A stretch of 64,000 nucleotides of DNA from Eledone cirrhosa (GCA_964016885.1 OZ024758.1:20336001-20400000), one strand, 5' to 3'. Counted from the first letter of the stretch, positions 32,102-47,435 are shown. The notes: a model not told the origin generated them from the sequence alone. Numbers and translations: made by a program.

Positions 32102-32286
32102 TCCAATACTCTTACCATATATATATATATAAATGTAAGTATGTATGTATGTATACATACATACATATATGTATGTACGTATACATACATACATACTTAC
32201 ATTTAAGTAAGTGCCGTACTAAGAGTGAGAAATGACATTTCGTTTCATTCTATTCTATATATATATATATATATATATAGTTAAAA

Positions 32287-32322
<36 letters not shown>

Positions 32323-32324
<2 letters not shown>

Positions 32325-32420
32325 CGAAGGGATTGTGGTAGGGAACCAGGTGGACTATAACGCACCAGATTACTCAATACTCGTCGAAACGGCTTGAGCT
32401 CTGACGTCGGGGTCTTGGCA
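32323..32420 (-). mobile_element. Family H fragment in (TA)n
   Basis: Terminus AACGAAGG..GTGGTA..GAAC..TATAACGCACCA joined to an opposite-orientation GAAACGGCTTGAGCTC..GTCGGGGTCTT segment. Confidence 0.65.
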
Positions 32421-32422
32421 TG

Positions 32423-32482
<60 letters not shown>

Positions 32483-32936
32483 AGAGATAATGTTAGTTAA
32501 TTAGATAGATAGCTAGATCGATAGAGAGGTAGATATAGAATAATTGATAGATTGTTAAGAGGGCCATGCACGACATATTTGGTGTACAGTCATATAGGTT
32601 TCAACCAAATACCGTATACAGCATCTATAATGGATTGTACCTGCAATTCCCATGGCTAGCCTTGTCACATATCATGTTTCCTATGTTGACTTAACACTCC
32701 ACTCATTACATCACGCGTCTGCCTTTCAGTTGATATTACTTTAAAACGTTTACCGTCCAAACTGAGAGTAGATCCATCCTGCCATCCCCTGATAACTTTA
32801 TAGATCTACAAAGAAAATAATTCATCACATATTCAAAGTGATACATAAATATGCTTGTTTATTCCTAGTGATAAATATGTTTGTACATTCCTGGTGATAT
32901 CATTGGAATTGTACTCTTCTAGATCTGTCAGCATGT

Positions 32937-33002
<66 letters not shown>

Positions 33003-33214
33003 TTCATTCTATTAATTTTATATAGTTATACTTTTTACTCACAGAGAGAGGAACATGGCTCTCTCGAGTAACAATACACATCATTTACCTCAATAAAATT
33101 AATAATTAAACTCAAGATCGGTAGTGATTCCTCCATTCTCTCAGTCACCAATTACATATCGATATATGTATGTGCATCTGTATGTATCTATGCATGTATG
33201 TACGTACTTGCGTG

Positions 33215-33272
<58 letters not shown>

Positions 33273-34140
33273 ATTCCCGTCTACTATTCCAGCTTTAGAT
33301 TTTGAAAAGGAATGGTATTGTTATTCTATTTCTCCATATAAAATAATATAATATGTATTATTGTATTAATAAAATATGAATGTGATGAATTTAGATATGG
33401 TTTTCCTATAAGCTAGATTACGATGAAAATCACTAATAAAATATATAACAAGAAAATATAATGAATGTGAAGAGATTTGAGGAGCCAAACCTGACCTGCT
33501 GAAAGGGCAACTGCAATGCATTCTCTTAGTAAGAAAGCAATGTAGGAAAGAATGTTTAATAGTTTTCCTTTTCTGTGTTTTATTACGTCTATTATACATC
33601 CTTATTTCATGGGGAAAAAATAATGACTTTCAATGCTTTCGTATCCAAGTCAGCAGTTTTTATTGTTTTCTCAATGGATTGTTGATCTTAAAGGAATCCA
33701 AATCCTTGAAACGTTGGGGATTAGGTTTTGTCTCATAAAATTTTGATGATAATAAAAACGTTTAAAAAATATTGATTGAGTATGCTGTGAGATTCAAGTC
33801 AAATTGTCCTCTTGCATGACTAGGATCGCTTGCACAATGCAGATGTCATTATGCATATGCATTGTTTGATAAGAGGCGCAAATAACCCGAATGTAATCTA
33901 AAATGTGCATTTAGGTAGTTAACTTTACAACTAATTGGGCAATTTAATGGGAAGATTTCTATGCAATGTGGAATTAACCTCCGAAGAATTTAGCTGTGAT
34001 AAATTTACTATACGAATTCAATTAATAATTAAAACACGCATACACACACACACTCACACACTCACACATCACACCACGCATACACTCATGGACACACATA
34101 TGTTTTTTGTGTGTGTTTGATCGTGTGTATGTACATATAA

Positions 34141-34265
34141 ATAATTGTTTCTACTTTTGGCACGCGGCCAGCAATTACCCCAGTGCATTACTGGTACTTT
34201 ATTTTATCGACTCCGTAAGGATGAAAGGCAAAGTTCACCTCGGCGGGATTTGAACTCAGGCCGTA

Positions 34266-34270
<5 letters not shown>
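34141..34270 (-). mobile_element. SINE family 1, partial
   Basis: Reverse-complement match. Confidence 0.87.
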
Positions 34271-34316
<46 letters not shown>

Positions 34317-34569
34317 TAAGATAACAGATTAAAGTTTATATTATATATATTTAATAGAGCACCACCTGGTGAAGTCGTTCACACGACGAGATCACAACCT
34401 AGTTGTATGTCGGACTCCGTTGCCTAATCTAGTAAAGAGATGATGTTTTCAGAGACGTATCCCTCACCACCAATTCCAAACCTAGAACTTAAGTATCGTC
34501 ATCATAACGTGTACGACATAAGGAGCTTAATACCTGATTAGGTATTTCATTATTATACCTTTTCTTTTG

Positions 34570-34772
34570 GGCGGTGGATTGGCAGTATCGGTAGAGCGTC
34601 GAACGCCATGCTTTGCAGCATAAAATTACGGTTCTTTAAATCTCGCCGGGGTTAACTTTGCCTTTCATCTTCACGGGATCGATAAAATAAAGTACCAGTC
34701 ACGCACTGGGTTTGATTTAATCGACTTTCCCCTCTCCCCAAATTGATGGCCTTGTGCCTATATAAGAAACCA
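34570..34772 (+). mobile_element. SINE family 1 long variant
   Basis: Head, core and tail present. CATTATTATACCTT occurs on both flanks. Confidence 0.87.
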
Positions 34773-36220
34773 TTATTATACCTTATCTCACTTTGATCTT
34801 AGCCAGGAGGCCGAGAAGCGGTTATTATACCTTATCTAAGGTAACCACTAATGTGATAACCCATGCATTATCATCTACAGTATGGATATAGATATTATAT
34901 ATATTAATTAAAATAACTTCATATTTCAGGATGATGTGGTTATTTATCGTTGTGTAAACCAAGATTAAATATAAAATTTTACATATTTGACGATTCATGG
35001 TTCTTGTCGATATACGATTGATCGTTCTTACTGGGAATATTTTAAATAATGTATGTGTTTGATGTATGATCTATCATTGTAATTCACAATTAGTTTCTCA
35101 TTGCTATACAATTCTATCGAGTTAGTCATTCTCTTGGCGGCTTAGCGTTTACGCAAAGATTACACATTCTGAGCAATAATAAAATTCGGTGGCATATCAG
35201 GATTTAACTCTTATCTTATGAAGGAACTGAATGTACTTTTTCTATTCTATAGTTCATGCCATATTTCACCATCCTAATACGCCTTAGATCATTCACAATC
35301 AATTTTCATATAACAATGCGAAGTTCATAGAGGTTAATTCTAACGTAAATGACTTTAAGGTAAGCAAATCAATTATGGATTTTCATTGATCTTGTAACGG
35401 ACAGCTGTATGTCTTTAAACAACTAAATGCTGCATTTAACTTTTGATTTAATTCTACCATTATATCAGTAAATATCGAGGTTCCGGAACTTAATCGCGAT
35501 TTAATATAATAGAATATCCTGATCATATGTCAGATGGAGTCTCTCATCTTCTACAATCACTTAAACTATTTCAGTGCACTGTGTCTGCTCAATTCTCTCC
35601 GTTTCAGTGGCTTTTAAAAGAGGTACTTGCTAGCTTTGTTCAGGATCTCCTCCACTATGTTTGACAACATGAACAATCTTAAGGTGCAGTCAAGCGGATG
35701 TAGATGCAGTCATAGTGCATCTACATAAAACAAAGAGTATTGTTAGCTTGTAATGTAAATGAGAAGATATAATCAAATGTGATTCTTATTAAATATAATT
35801 CACAACAAAAAAGTATTTCAAAATAGCACCAATGTAATGTTTGATTAAGATGAACTGTTGCATTGAACCATATATTGTTTGACGATATTTAATACTAGGA
35901 TATAGTTTTCTATATCATCATCAACACATATGTCAAATGTCACGTTTGGAATCGAATTTACTCCATTTTTCATTTATAGAAAAACACTTTTATTAGCTGA
36001 GTTCGAACATTTGATTTTTAATATCAGATTGTAAACAACCCATTATTTGTATAAGACATATTACAAAAAATTGTTCCTGATTTAGGCATAAAACAAACAA
36101 TTTTGAAGAAAGGGTAATGGTAATTTAATTGACTCCAGTGCGTCATTGGTACTTCATTTTATCTAACCCATAATGTTAAACGGCAAAGCTAACAGTATAT
36201 TTTAACTTTAGATTGTCTTG

Positions 36221-36401
36221 ATAATTATTTCTACCTTTGGAAAAATGCCAGCAATTATCCCAGTACATTACTGGTACTTTATTTTATCGATCCCGTAAGG
36301 CTGAAAGGCAAAGTTAACCTTGGCGGGTATTGAACTCACACCATAGAGAGCCGTAACTCTTTGTTAAAAAGTATGGCGTCCGACCCTCTACGATACTGCC
36401 A
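36221..36401 (-). mobile_element. SINE family 1
   Basis: Reverse-complement match. An older degenerate copy lies just left at about 36065-36195. Confidence 0.85.
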
Positions 36402-37759
36402 TGAAATTTGTATTTGGCCTGTTCCTTGTTGATCTGCCATTATCTACCTGTTTCAGGACCATAGGGATTCCAGATTCTCTAATTTCGCCTTAATTGTGAC
36501 CATGTTATCCATTTCATCAATGTCTTAGATGCGTTACCTCTATTTCTAGCCGCTTAAATGACATCAGATATGTTGGCGAGTTTTATGCTATGAAGTTTTG
36601 GTTGTGGTTGTTTCCATCGTCCTTTCTGTGGGGAATCAGTAAATTACCATGTAAAATGATGACCTCTTTGATTCGTACCTAACAGTGTTACCTGAAGTTT
36701 AAACTACCTGTACACCTTCTAACCTTTGGGTCAGACATTCTTTATTGTTGACATGTGTACGATTTATATATGTTGGTTTCATAGCCCTGATTCTCTTTGA
36801 AATTTTGCAATAACTCTGGTTAACAATAATCTGTCTGAGACGTATAAAAATCTATGTTCATATATTCTATCGATAAGTAAAGAAAATGTTCATCTATTGT
36901 TCTCATATTTGGAAAAGAAATAGAAAATGTATTTCATATACTGCGACGTAGATGTGTCAGTATATTATTGGCATATGAATTCATGTGTCATATATACGAC
37001 ATTGAGTGGTCTTTTACCGGAATTATGTCAATGTTTATAATGTGAACTATAAAAAATTGTCGATTAGTGTCGTGTCGAAACTCTATCTGGAAAGTCGATT
37101 TTTACTGTGTGACATAAATATGAATAATACTATGTGACCTGTGCAGGCACTCCAGGTTGTTTATGCACTCTATACTAGCATATTTTATTAACAGTCTAAC
37201 ACTTCCAGCATAGAAATGATTAAATAAATATCTATATAAAACCAATTGGTGGTTTCCATACCCAAATAAGATTAATTCCATTCAATTATTTGGAATATTC
37301 TGCACTGTAAAAAAGCAGTAGACATAAAATTGAACTTTTTTAATGATATATATTTATTGATTCTGGAAATTTCCCTCAGCAATTTCTGCTTACAAACAAC
37401 CTCTGTCAAAAGACTCAACTGTATTTAACAGAAAGTTTCAACAAGTTTCAACAAAACGAAATTCCGATTCGAATAGCGGAGTCGATTGAAAAACGTGGTC
37501 GATTGAAAAACCTTACCTATTTTTATAATGTATTTCGAATTTGAAAGTAAGAAATAACAAGAACTAACACGTAATTTCCTAGCTAAAAGATTTACCTTAT
37601 TGTTCAGTATTATTTTGTTACTAATTTCGTATCTAAAAGCAGGTTTAATTTTAGGCATATAAAATAATTCTTTATATGCGGATGTATTCATCGAAATAAA
37701 AATTTAGGGATACCAGAAGACACTTACATTATTTTACCCTTACAATTTATGACCATAAC

Positions 37760-37823
37760 ATAAAGTACCAGTAATACACTGGAATAAGTGCTGGCTTTGT
37801 GCCAAAAGTAGAAGCAATTATTG
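37760..37823 (+). mobile_element. SINE family 1 3' tail
   Basis: TAAAGTACCAGTAATACACTGG...GTAGAAGCAATTATT. Confidence 0.75.
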
Positions 37824-38199
37824 TTTTTTTCAGAATATACCTTCCGTCTGTTAAACAAGCTTTCATTCTGAATCACTCACATTGAAAATGAAACGGGATA
37901 TTGTCAAAATACAAGGGACTGCTCTGTATTATTATGTTGTTCTCTTTACAAGTTTATACGCACACTTATGATATCTCTAGACACTATAAACCCAACTCTA
38001 CAGGGTGAATAAAATAAAAGGAAATAGAATGTGACATTTGTAACTCTTAAGGAAGCATCAGGTGGATCAATAATATATCTCCTATGACATTTATCTTCTT
38101 TATATGAAGGCATATGATCATATATATACAAACATATATCTACACGCACAAGCACATAGACATATACACCCATGTGTGTGTACATATATATATACATAC

Positions 38200-38255
<56 letters not shown>

Positions 38256-38381
38256 ATGTGTGTGTGTGTGTGTGTGCGTACCACATGGTTTATTAAACTA
38301 TAAGGTTTTTGTTAAATTGAATATGGTGTGTATGACATAAACTTAAACATAGGAAATGAAATTGTCTATGAATATAACTTG

Positions 38382-38450
<69 letters not shown>

Positions 38451-39636
38451 GTGTGTGTGTGTTTCTGTGTGTGTGTTTCTGTGTGTGTATGTGCGTTTGT
38501 AAGGACACACGAATATATATATAGAAAAAGAAACAGATATATATGAATATATATATATGTATGTGTGTATGTGTGTGTGTGTGTAGGTTTGTGTGTGTGT
38601 GTTTTAATATGCGTGCGTGTTGGTGTGGGTGTTAATTTGACATCCGGGATTAAATTCATGTCTGGAGTCTCTTTCAAACAGAAGGATACACATTCGATTC
38701 AACAGAATCCTGAAACATAAGCAAGCGTATATATGTATATACGTGTATACTTTTATAAATATTTTCGATGGGGAAGTACAGCAAAGGAAATTGATTTATT
38801 CTTCAATTTAAAGAAAGTATTAAAACTAGACATATTGTCTGTTTAGAGGTAAAATATATTTATATTCCAGGATAAGTAAGTTAAACATTTTATAATGGCG
38901 GATATATTTCTTAAGTTTCATTAAAAATGTTTAAACATGAAGGCGGCCGGAAAAAAGAACACATTAAATTAATATTTTCGTACTTTCAAGTGAATATTCC
39001 AAAACCGAATTTACCTCAATCTCAATGTAGTCGCTAGGATATAAGTTTGCATGAACTTTAAATAAAAATTGCAAAATATATTTGCATAATTTACTTGCTA
39101 TAATCTGAATTATATTTAGTAATTTTACAGTCAATAAACTGAGGAATAGATTAAGCGGAGAATTTATGTTTAAATTATATGATTTTCCCTTTCAGAATAA
39201 AGTAGATAATGTGTGTACTTTTGTAATATTAGATTTTGAAAATTCTCTATTCAATATTATAGTTAGGTAACGTATTTAAACTGTGTAGAATATACACGAA
39301 AATTGTTTACTTTTTGGTGATATTCCTGGCTAAATTTGATTTATTGAAAAAACTAACCCTATATTTAATATCCTCAAATAACAGACATCTTACACAGATG
39401 AACAACGTTTGCCGCTGCTACAACGTTTGAGGGAAGATTTCATTTTGTGCCAACACAAGTTTACTAGCTTCAATGTTGACAAAACGGCCATTAAACTCGT
39501 GCTAACCTATCCCGCATAGAGACATTAGAAATGATATATAACAAACATCAATATATTAACATTTAGTGGATAAATATATATCTAACCTAATTGAATTGCA
39601 TACCTGTGTAATATGATATATATATGTATATACATA

Positions 39637-39710
<74 letters not shown>

Positions 39711-39711
39711 C

Positions 39712-39808
<97 letters not shown>

Positions 39809-39811
39809 CAT

Positions 39812-39850
<39 letters not shown>

Positions 39851-39858
39851 TATATACA

Positions 39859-39965
<107 letters not shown>

Positions 39966-40101
39966 TATTTACATGCATATATATATATATATATATATAA
40001 AATATTTAAAAAATAATGAATAAAACAATGAAACAGTTCCTTATATTAAACAAAAAAAGTTCATTATTTAACGTTCATTATTTTTTTTTTTTTTTTTTTT
40101 T

Positions 40102-40129
40102 TATATATATATGTATGTGTATGTGTATG

Positions 40130-40198
<69 letters not shown>

Positions 40199-40592
40199 AA
40201 ATATATATATGTATGTGTGTCTTTGTGTGTGTGTATATATATGTATGTATGTGTGTATGTATGTGTTTGTATGTGTGTTTATGGTTGTACGTGTGTGTGG
40301 GTAAATATATATATGTATATATATATATATATGTGTATATGTATCTCTATTTATATGTGTATATATGTATATGTATATACCTTTTTCTTTGTATGTCCGA
40401 GTTGTGTGAGCGTGTAGTGGTGTTTGTATGTATATACGCATATATGGATGTTTATGTATTCGTATATATGCGTATATGTAAGTGCGTATGTGTGTGTGAG
40501 TATATATCTATGTCTATGTATGAGTATGTATGTGTGTGTATGTATGTGTGTGTGTATGTATGTATGTGTGTATATGTGTATGTATATGTGTG

Positions 40593-40623
<31 letters not shown>

Positions 40624-40636
40624 GTATATCTGTATG

Positions 40637-40684
<48 letters not shown>

Positions 40685-40805
40685 CTTATTATATGTGTGT
40701 GTGTGTGTGTGTATATATATCTTTATATATGTGTATGTGTATGTATGTGTAGGTGTGTGTGTGTGAGTATATATGTATGTGTGTATATGTGTATGTATGT
40801 GTATG

Positions 40806-40846
<41 letters not shown>

Positions 40847-40916
40847 GTGGGTATGTATGTGTATGTGTGTATATATATGAATGTATTTATATATATATAT
40901 GTATGTAGATGTGACT

Positions 40917-40976
<60 letters not shown>

Positions 40977-41037
40977 ATGTATATGTATATGTATGTATAT
41001 GTATGAGTGTGTATATATATACGAGTGTTGTGAGTGT

Positions 41038-41109
<72 letters not shown>

Positions 41110-41606
41110 GTGTATATATATATATATATGTATGCGTGTATGTGTATATGTGTGTAAAAAAAAAAAATATATATATATATGTGTTTATGTGTGTATGTGT
41201 CTATGTATTTATATGTGTATATGCATGTATCTCTATATGTATGCGTCTGTGTATGTGTATGTGTATTTATATGGTGTGTGTATGTATATGTATGTGTATG
41301 TATGTGTTTATATATATGTGTATGTATATGTATGTATATGTATGTGTGTGTATGCGTGTGTATTTATTTATATGTCTATATGTATGTATATCGATGTATA
41401 CTTTATATTTTACTTGTTTGTATATATATATATGTGTGTGTATGTATATGTGTATATATATATATGTGTGTGTATATATGTGTGTGTATATATGTGTATA
41501 TATATGTGTATATATATATGTATGTGTGTATATATGTGTATATATATATGTATATGTATATATATGTGTGTGTGTGTGTGTGTATGTGTGGATGTATATA
41601 TATATA
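40102..41606. repeat. 1.5-kb compound (TA)/(TG)/(TATG) low-complexity tract
   Basis: Direct reading. It explains the spurious 412-aa ORF. Confidence 0.93.
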
Positions 41607-43078
41607 TTTTCTTGATATATTTCTTTTTTTCTTTTTTCTTTTTCTTTTCTTTTTATTTCTAAGTTTATAGATACATCTATAAATAGGCAGTCTGCCGAAA
41701 CCGTTGAATACTGACCTCTCCCCCCCTCCCACCTAATTTCTGTATCTGGATCTAGATGTGTGTGGCAGTGTTTATGTGCGTGCATTAATGTCCATATGCT
41801 TATGATAATACTATATGCACATATATATGTGTGGGGGGGGGGTGTATGTATGTTCGTAGTTATGTGTATGTTTATGCATATACGCGCGTGTGTGTGTGAG
41901 TGTACGAATATGTATGAGTATATGAATGTGTGTATACATTTATTTCATATTTTTGTGTCTATACGCATTTTATCTGTGGATTATAAACTTACAGAGACAT
42001 TAGCCTTGAATTTTTGTATTTGCATACATCTTTTTGGCATGCGTATGCATGTGAACATATATATTTATGTAAATATGTGTACGAAGTTAATTACATGTAT
42101 ATACACACACCAAACTGCATAACATTTTTTGTATTTTCATTGGTCAATTTGAACTCTGTTCCCAAACGGACCTGAAATTTTGAATTGTTGTTATTATCAA
42201 TAAATATATTTCATTATTTCTGAAGACGGCATATATATGTGTTTGGTATGTATATTTAATTTTGATAGTTTGTATAATTTTGTATAATTTTGTACATAGA
42301 TCTGTTGAATATGCATATATATATATATACGGTGAACATGGATTCATCTCAATTCAAGCTATCGACGTCTTGGTGCCTCTTCAAAATAAGAATGGAGTAA
42401 AATTAGGATGAGGAAAATGCGAAATTGTAAATATTGAAGAATTCTTTATTAATATAGCTGTCATACATATTTCAATGACGGTTGTGTTCACTTGATCATC
42501 TAACAAACATCGGGATTTCATCATACGCCTAAATTGAGTAAAATGTTATGTTTCATGTTACTAAATATTGTCGTCTTATGAAATATCGGCATTGGTTAAA
42601 TCATCAACTGACCAAGATTGTCATTGGATTATGTATCACACCTTTATTTATAAAGGACCCTTTAACATTTACAACTTCACATTTTCATTATATATATATA
42701 ATATACATTATATACATTTTCATTATATATATATAATATACATTATATATATATAATATACATACATTTTTTGATGGATCAGCCAGTTTGTGGAAAATAG
42801 ACATAAATATTTATTTTACGACCAGTAAGTCTTTCGACTTACAGTCTTATCCATTATTTTCCTGATGATGTGAACAGAAATCCAAATGCATTAATAACGC
42901 TCCCTGAAATAAGCACCAAATATCGTGGATCATGTCCCTTCTGGTCTTAATCATATAAAAGTGATGTGTATTTATTTAATATGTAATCAAATAATCCCAT
43001 TTACGTAGGTCACACCTGTATGTATATGTGTTTAGAAGTCGTATAAAATGTTCTATTTGGGAATAGTAACACATTGTG

Positions 43079-43125
<47 letters not shown>

Positions 43126-45191
43126 TGTTGCTACATATACTTAGATCGTGTATAGATTGTGTATCGCAGACAGGATAGACAGATGGTTTAAACGCACTAA
43201 ACCATTGAATTTGACTTTTAGTCATATACTGTTTGTACAATCCGTCTTTTCTCAAATATGCATTAATATAATTTGTAAACAACCTGAGATATGAAGGAAA
43301 AAAATAATCGTATGACAAAAATCGATCCGAAATTCGATAGATCAATATATTTCACTATTACTCACGGTGTTTCCGGGAAATGTAAACCATTTGCATCAGG
43401 AAAGTAAATATATTTTTTAGAACTATGGCCTTTTTGTCTTTATAGTGAGAAATATTTTTTTATTTATTTCTATTCTGCTATATAATTTGTCTTTATGTAC
43501 GTCTATGTGTGTGCCCATGCAACACACACATACACAAACATACATACACTCACATATATATGTATACGTGTGTATGTGTGTGTGTTTGTGTGTGTGTACG
43601 TATGTATGAATGGCTACAGTTCCCGAAGACAATACAACGATAACTGGAATAACACTCAATACATTTAAGTAGAAAACACAATAGAAAAACAAATTAAGTT
43701 CTTTTGTCGTTGATAACAGTCATAGACTAGGATCAAATTAGTGGGTAGCGTGTATTAAGTGCCATGGGCATTTTCGAAATTGGCAGCCTTTTGATACTGT
43801 AGGGGCGTGTAGCATTTGGGTACAGAGATGTTCCCTACAGGCGTTGTTTCATTTTATAATCTGGTGCAACAAGGAAACATTTTCTCTGATTATTTGTATG
43901 AGACCAATGAAGTAATATCCGGGATTTCAACTTTGAAGTTTATATGGCCGTCAAAGTTTTTGGAATTATCGCATATTTTGACGCCTTCACCGTTTGGCGA
44001 AGTAGGCATAACATATCGTCAACATTATCTGGTGTAAAAAGCGGCAGTTGGTTATCACTTTATGATTCAGCAGCCCCATGAATGTAATGGCAAGGAAGCC
44101 TAAGGGACTGGAGATCATTGTCATTCACGAAAACGTCTCATAGATGGAGCGCTCGTTCTGGAAAAAGCTTTTGCTCTTGATATCCGAGAGCAAATCGTGT
44201 ATGGAAGTGGTTGTGATCCTGAAACAATTGAAAATTAAGTCGATGACCGCTTATGTGTGCACAGAGTTGTAGAAGGAAACTACATCTAAGCAAAAAGGTG
44301 TATTTAGTATGTAAAATTGCTGCGTGTAAAAGCCATTCTCTTTGTTGATACCCCATATGTCCGCAGGTGAGAAAATGAAACTTGAGAATACTAAATATAA
44401 ATTTAGAGATGTATTTGAATAAAGCGTCTTTACCAGAAATAATGTATCTATTTTTCTAAAGTGAATTATGTTTAATGTTATTAAATAATATCGTAAAATG
44501 TGGCCTGCTCTATCTAAGGGTGAAGAAGCGATCTGATCTACATGGCAGTACGCTGTGGCTACATTTATTAAATCAACTGCAGTTACTAGCGTTTTCTAGG
44601 TGCCTGCATTTGATGTTGTCACACCTCTTGTATAACTTAGTGTTTCTGAAGTGTTCGAGTTTCTGATGTCTGTAAGTGGTTTGGACTATGATGTAGAGCT
44701 CTCTCTTTCCATACTTGAAGGGGGGCGGGATATATTAAGCAATTCGCATGCTGCTGATGTTAGTGTAGGGAGCAATGACCTACAGAAATTTCTAGGAAAG
44801 AAGAAAGCTCTTGAAATATTTCCTAGAGAGAGAGTTACGTATTGTATGTTTAGAGAAAGATGATGTAGTCGATAGAAAGAAGCATGAATAGGGGGAAAAG
44901 CAATAACGATTTATAGGGACAGTCAATATATGTAGAGAGATATCTGATAAGAAATTATAAAGGGCAAATTGATTCGCTTTATCGACAAAAAGGTATGTCA
45001 CATGTTATTGGTCATAGTACAAGAATGCCTGCTATAACGTGACATTCAATAAACTGATATATTCTAAAAACATACAGCAATATATTGATCCCAAATATTG
45101 GAAAATGTTGTCATTCAATTCCACTCATCTTAGAGATAGTAAACATGAAATTCATATATCGATACTAATAGACTTAGACTCACACAAACAA

Positions 45192-45296
<105 letters not shown>

Positions 45297-45299
45297 AAT

Positions 45300-45490
45300 A
45301 TATCTATCTAACTATCTAAGGCGGGTAAAATTCCCGAGATCCATGGACGAGTTCTCTCCAGCGGTCTCTGTCCCTCATTATCGCTGCCATATCCTGCATC
45401 TCCAACAGACCAGTGTCTGTCCTTAGGGCATCAACATATGTTAACCTTGGTCTTCCTCTTCTAGTGTGTCCATGTAGGGGCTCCCAAAGG
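45300..45490 (-). pseudogene. 3' end of an RTE-clade non-LTR retrotransposon
   Basis: Translates to LWEPLHGHTRRGRPRLTYVDALRTDTGL..MRDRDRWRELV, the G-x-R-x-RGRP..DR-x-x-WR C-terminus typical of RTE ORFs, followed by a short TAGA-like tail. Confidence 0.78.
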
Positions 45491-45513
45491 ATATATATAT
45501 ATATAGATATATA

Positions 45514-45669
45514 TATAGGAACCAGTAAGACCCCGACAGCTGAGCTCAAGCCGTTTTGAGCTCAGCTGTCGGGGTCTTACTGGTTCCTATTACCCACTCT
45601 ACTACCTCAAGTATTGAGTACTTTGGTGCGTTATGGTCCACCTCGTTCCTTACCACATTTCCTTCGTTA
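45514..45669 (+). mobile_element. Family H pLTR-end with near-perfect fold-back
   Basis: ATAGGAACCAGTAAGACCCCGACAGCTGAGCTCAA-GCCGTT-TTGAGCTCAGCTGTCGGGGTCTTACTGGTTCCTAT, then ~80 bp terminus ending CCTTCGTT. Confidence 0.75.
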
Positions 45670-45695
45670 GATATATATATATATATAGATGGTGG

Positions 45696-45745
<50 letters not shown>

Positions 45746-45868
45746 TGTTGCACAACAGTTAGTTGACCATGCCGAGAACAATTGTTTCACCTTAGCGTGT
45801 CCTCAGCTCGGCTGTATGCGTGTGTATGTATGTGTGTGTGTATGTGTGTGTATAAATATATATATGTA

Positions 45869-45979
<111 letters not shown>

Positions 45980-46140
45980 ATACTTTGGGAGGGTCATGTT
46001 GCCAATAAGAAACACACGCACCAGTTGCTTTCACTTCAATTTATTATATATTTCTAAATTTATAAATTTACAAATCTACAAACTTATAAATTTCTGGTTG
46101 GTTGGTTGGTTCCTCAACCAGATAGTTGTTTATATATATA

Positions 46141-46184
46141 ATCATAGTCCTTTCGTCACACACTCTGTGACCTCTTCAGTGACT
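46141..46184 (-). ncRNA. Type I minimal HHR (family B, inverted arm)
   Basis: Reverse complement of the 46946 motif with one stem I change. Confidence 0.78.
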
Positions 46185-46945
46185 GGGGATTCCTTTCTTC
46201 GTTTCTGTGCCTTTTCTTTCTTCTATCCTACGCCATTCTGTTTCTGTGTGTGTGTTGTGTGCTCAGTTTGCGCATGTGCCACATCCGGGTGTCTGTGTGT
46301 GTTTGTGTTCATTTTTCTATTTGTTTATTTATTTATTGTTGGTTGGTTGTTTGTCCTATGTGTTGGTGCGTTTACATTTTGTCCTGCGTGTGTTTTCATT
46401 TTGTGTGTGTTTTCAATTGTGTGTTTTCAATTTGTGTGTGTTTTCAATTGTAAGTTGTTTTTTCTATGTGTGTGTGTGTCTTCATTTTGTCCTTAATTTG
46501 CCTAAACATTGCGTCTTTTCTGTGCACAGAAAAGACGCAATGTTTAGGCAAATTACAGAGGCAGTAAGCATAAAAGAATTAAAACCAAAATTAAATAGAA
46601 AATATGAGTGGAACAGCAACATCACAACTTACAATTAAGGACAAAATGAACACACTCACACACATAGAACAAACAACTTACAATTGAAAACACACACAAA
46701 TTGAAAACACACAATTGAAAACACACACAAAATGAAAACACACACAGGACAAATGTAAACACACACACACATAGAACAAACAACCAACCAACAATAAATA
46801 AATAAACAAATAGAAAAATGAACACAAACACACACATACACCCGGATGTGGCACATGCGCAAACTGAGCACACAACACACACACAGAAACAGAATGGCGT
46901 AGGATAGAAGAAAGAAAAGGCACAGAAACGAAGAAAGGAATCCCC

Positions 46946-46990
46946 AGTCACTGAAGAGGTCACAGAGTGTGTGACGAAAGGACTATGACT
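46946..46990 (+). ncRNA. Type I minimal HHR (family B)
   Basis: AGTCA-CTGAAGA-G-GTCACA-GAGTG-TGTGAC-GAAA-GGAC-TA-TGACT. Confidence 0.85.
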
Positions 46991-47212
46991 ATATATATAA
47001 ACAACTATCTGGTTGTGGAACCAACCAACCAACCAGAAATTTATAAGTTTGTAGATTTGTAAATTTATAAATTTATAAATATATAATAAATTGAAGTGAA
47101 AGCAACTGGTGCGTGTGTTTCTTATTGGCAACATGACCCTCCCAAAGTATAACAATATCGGTTTCAACACACGATTTCAGATAAAGAATCTTGCTAAACA
47201 AATTCAGAAACG

Positions 47213-47284
<72 letters not shown>

Positions 47285-47435
47285 ATATATATACATACAT
47301 ATATATATATGTGAGTATAGACATAGAATATTCGAAAATATTCTGTATGTTTATAATAAACATTTTGAAGACCTAATCGCTATAGAATAGAATACGTCAC
47401 GTATTACAATTAGATTCTCGATAAAAGCAAGGGAA

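Noticed and set aside
40424-41662. 412-aa ORF and the many other YI/VC-rich ORFs in the track
   Set aside because: They are translations of (TA)n/(TG)n microsatellites, which lack stop codons. No domain content.
42855-42922. CTGATGA...GAAA hammerhead candidate
   Set aside because: No convincing stem II and no UH cleavage site in register.
43800-45000. Coding-like stretch with a CAG/GTGAGA donor-like site near 44366
   Set aside because: The frames I translated are broken by stops and I recognise no domain. It may be a decayed TE but I cannot support a call.
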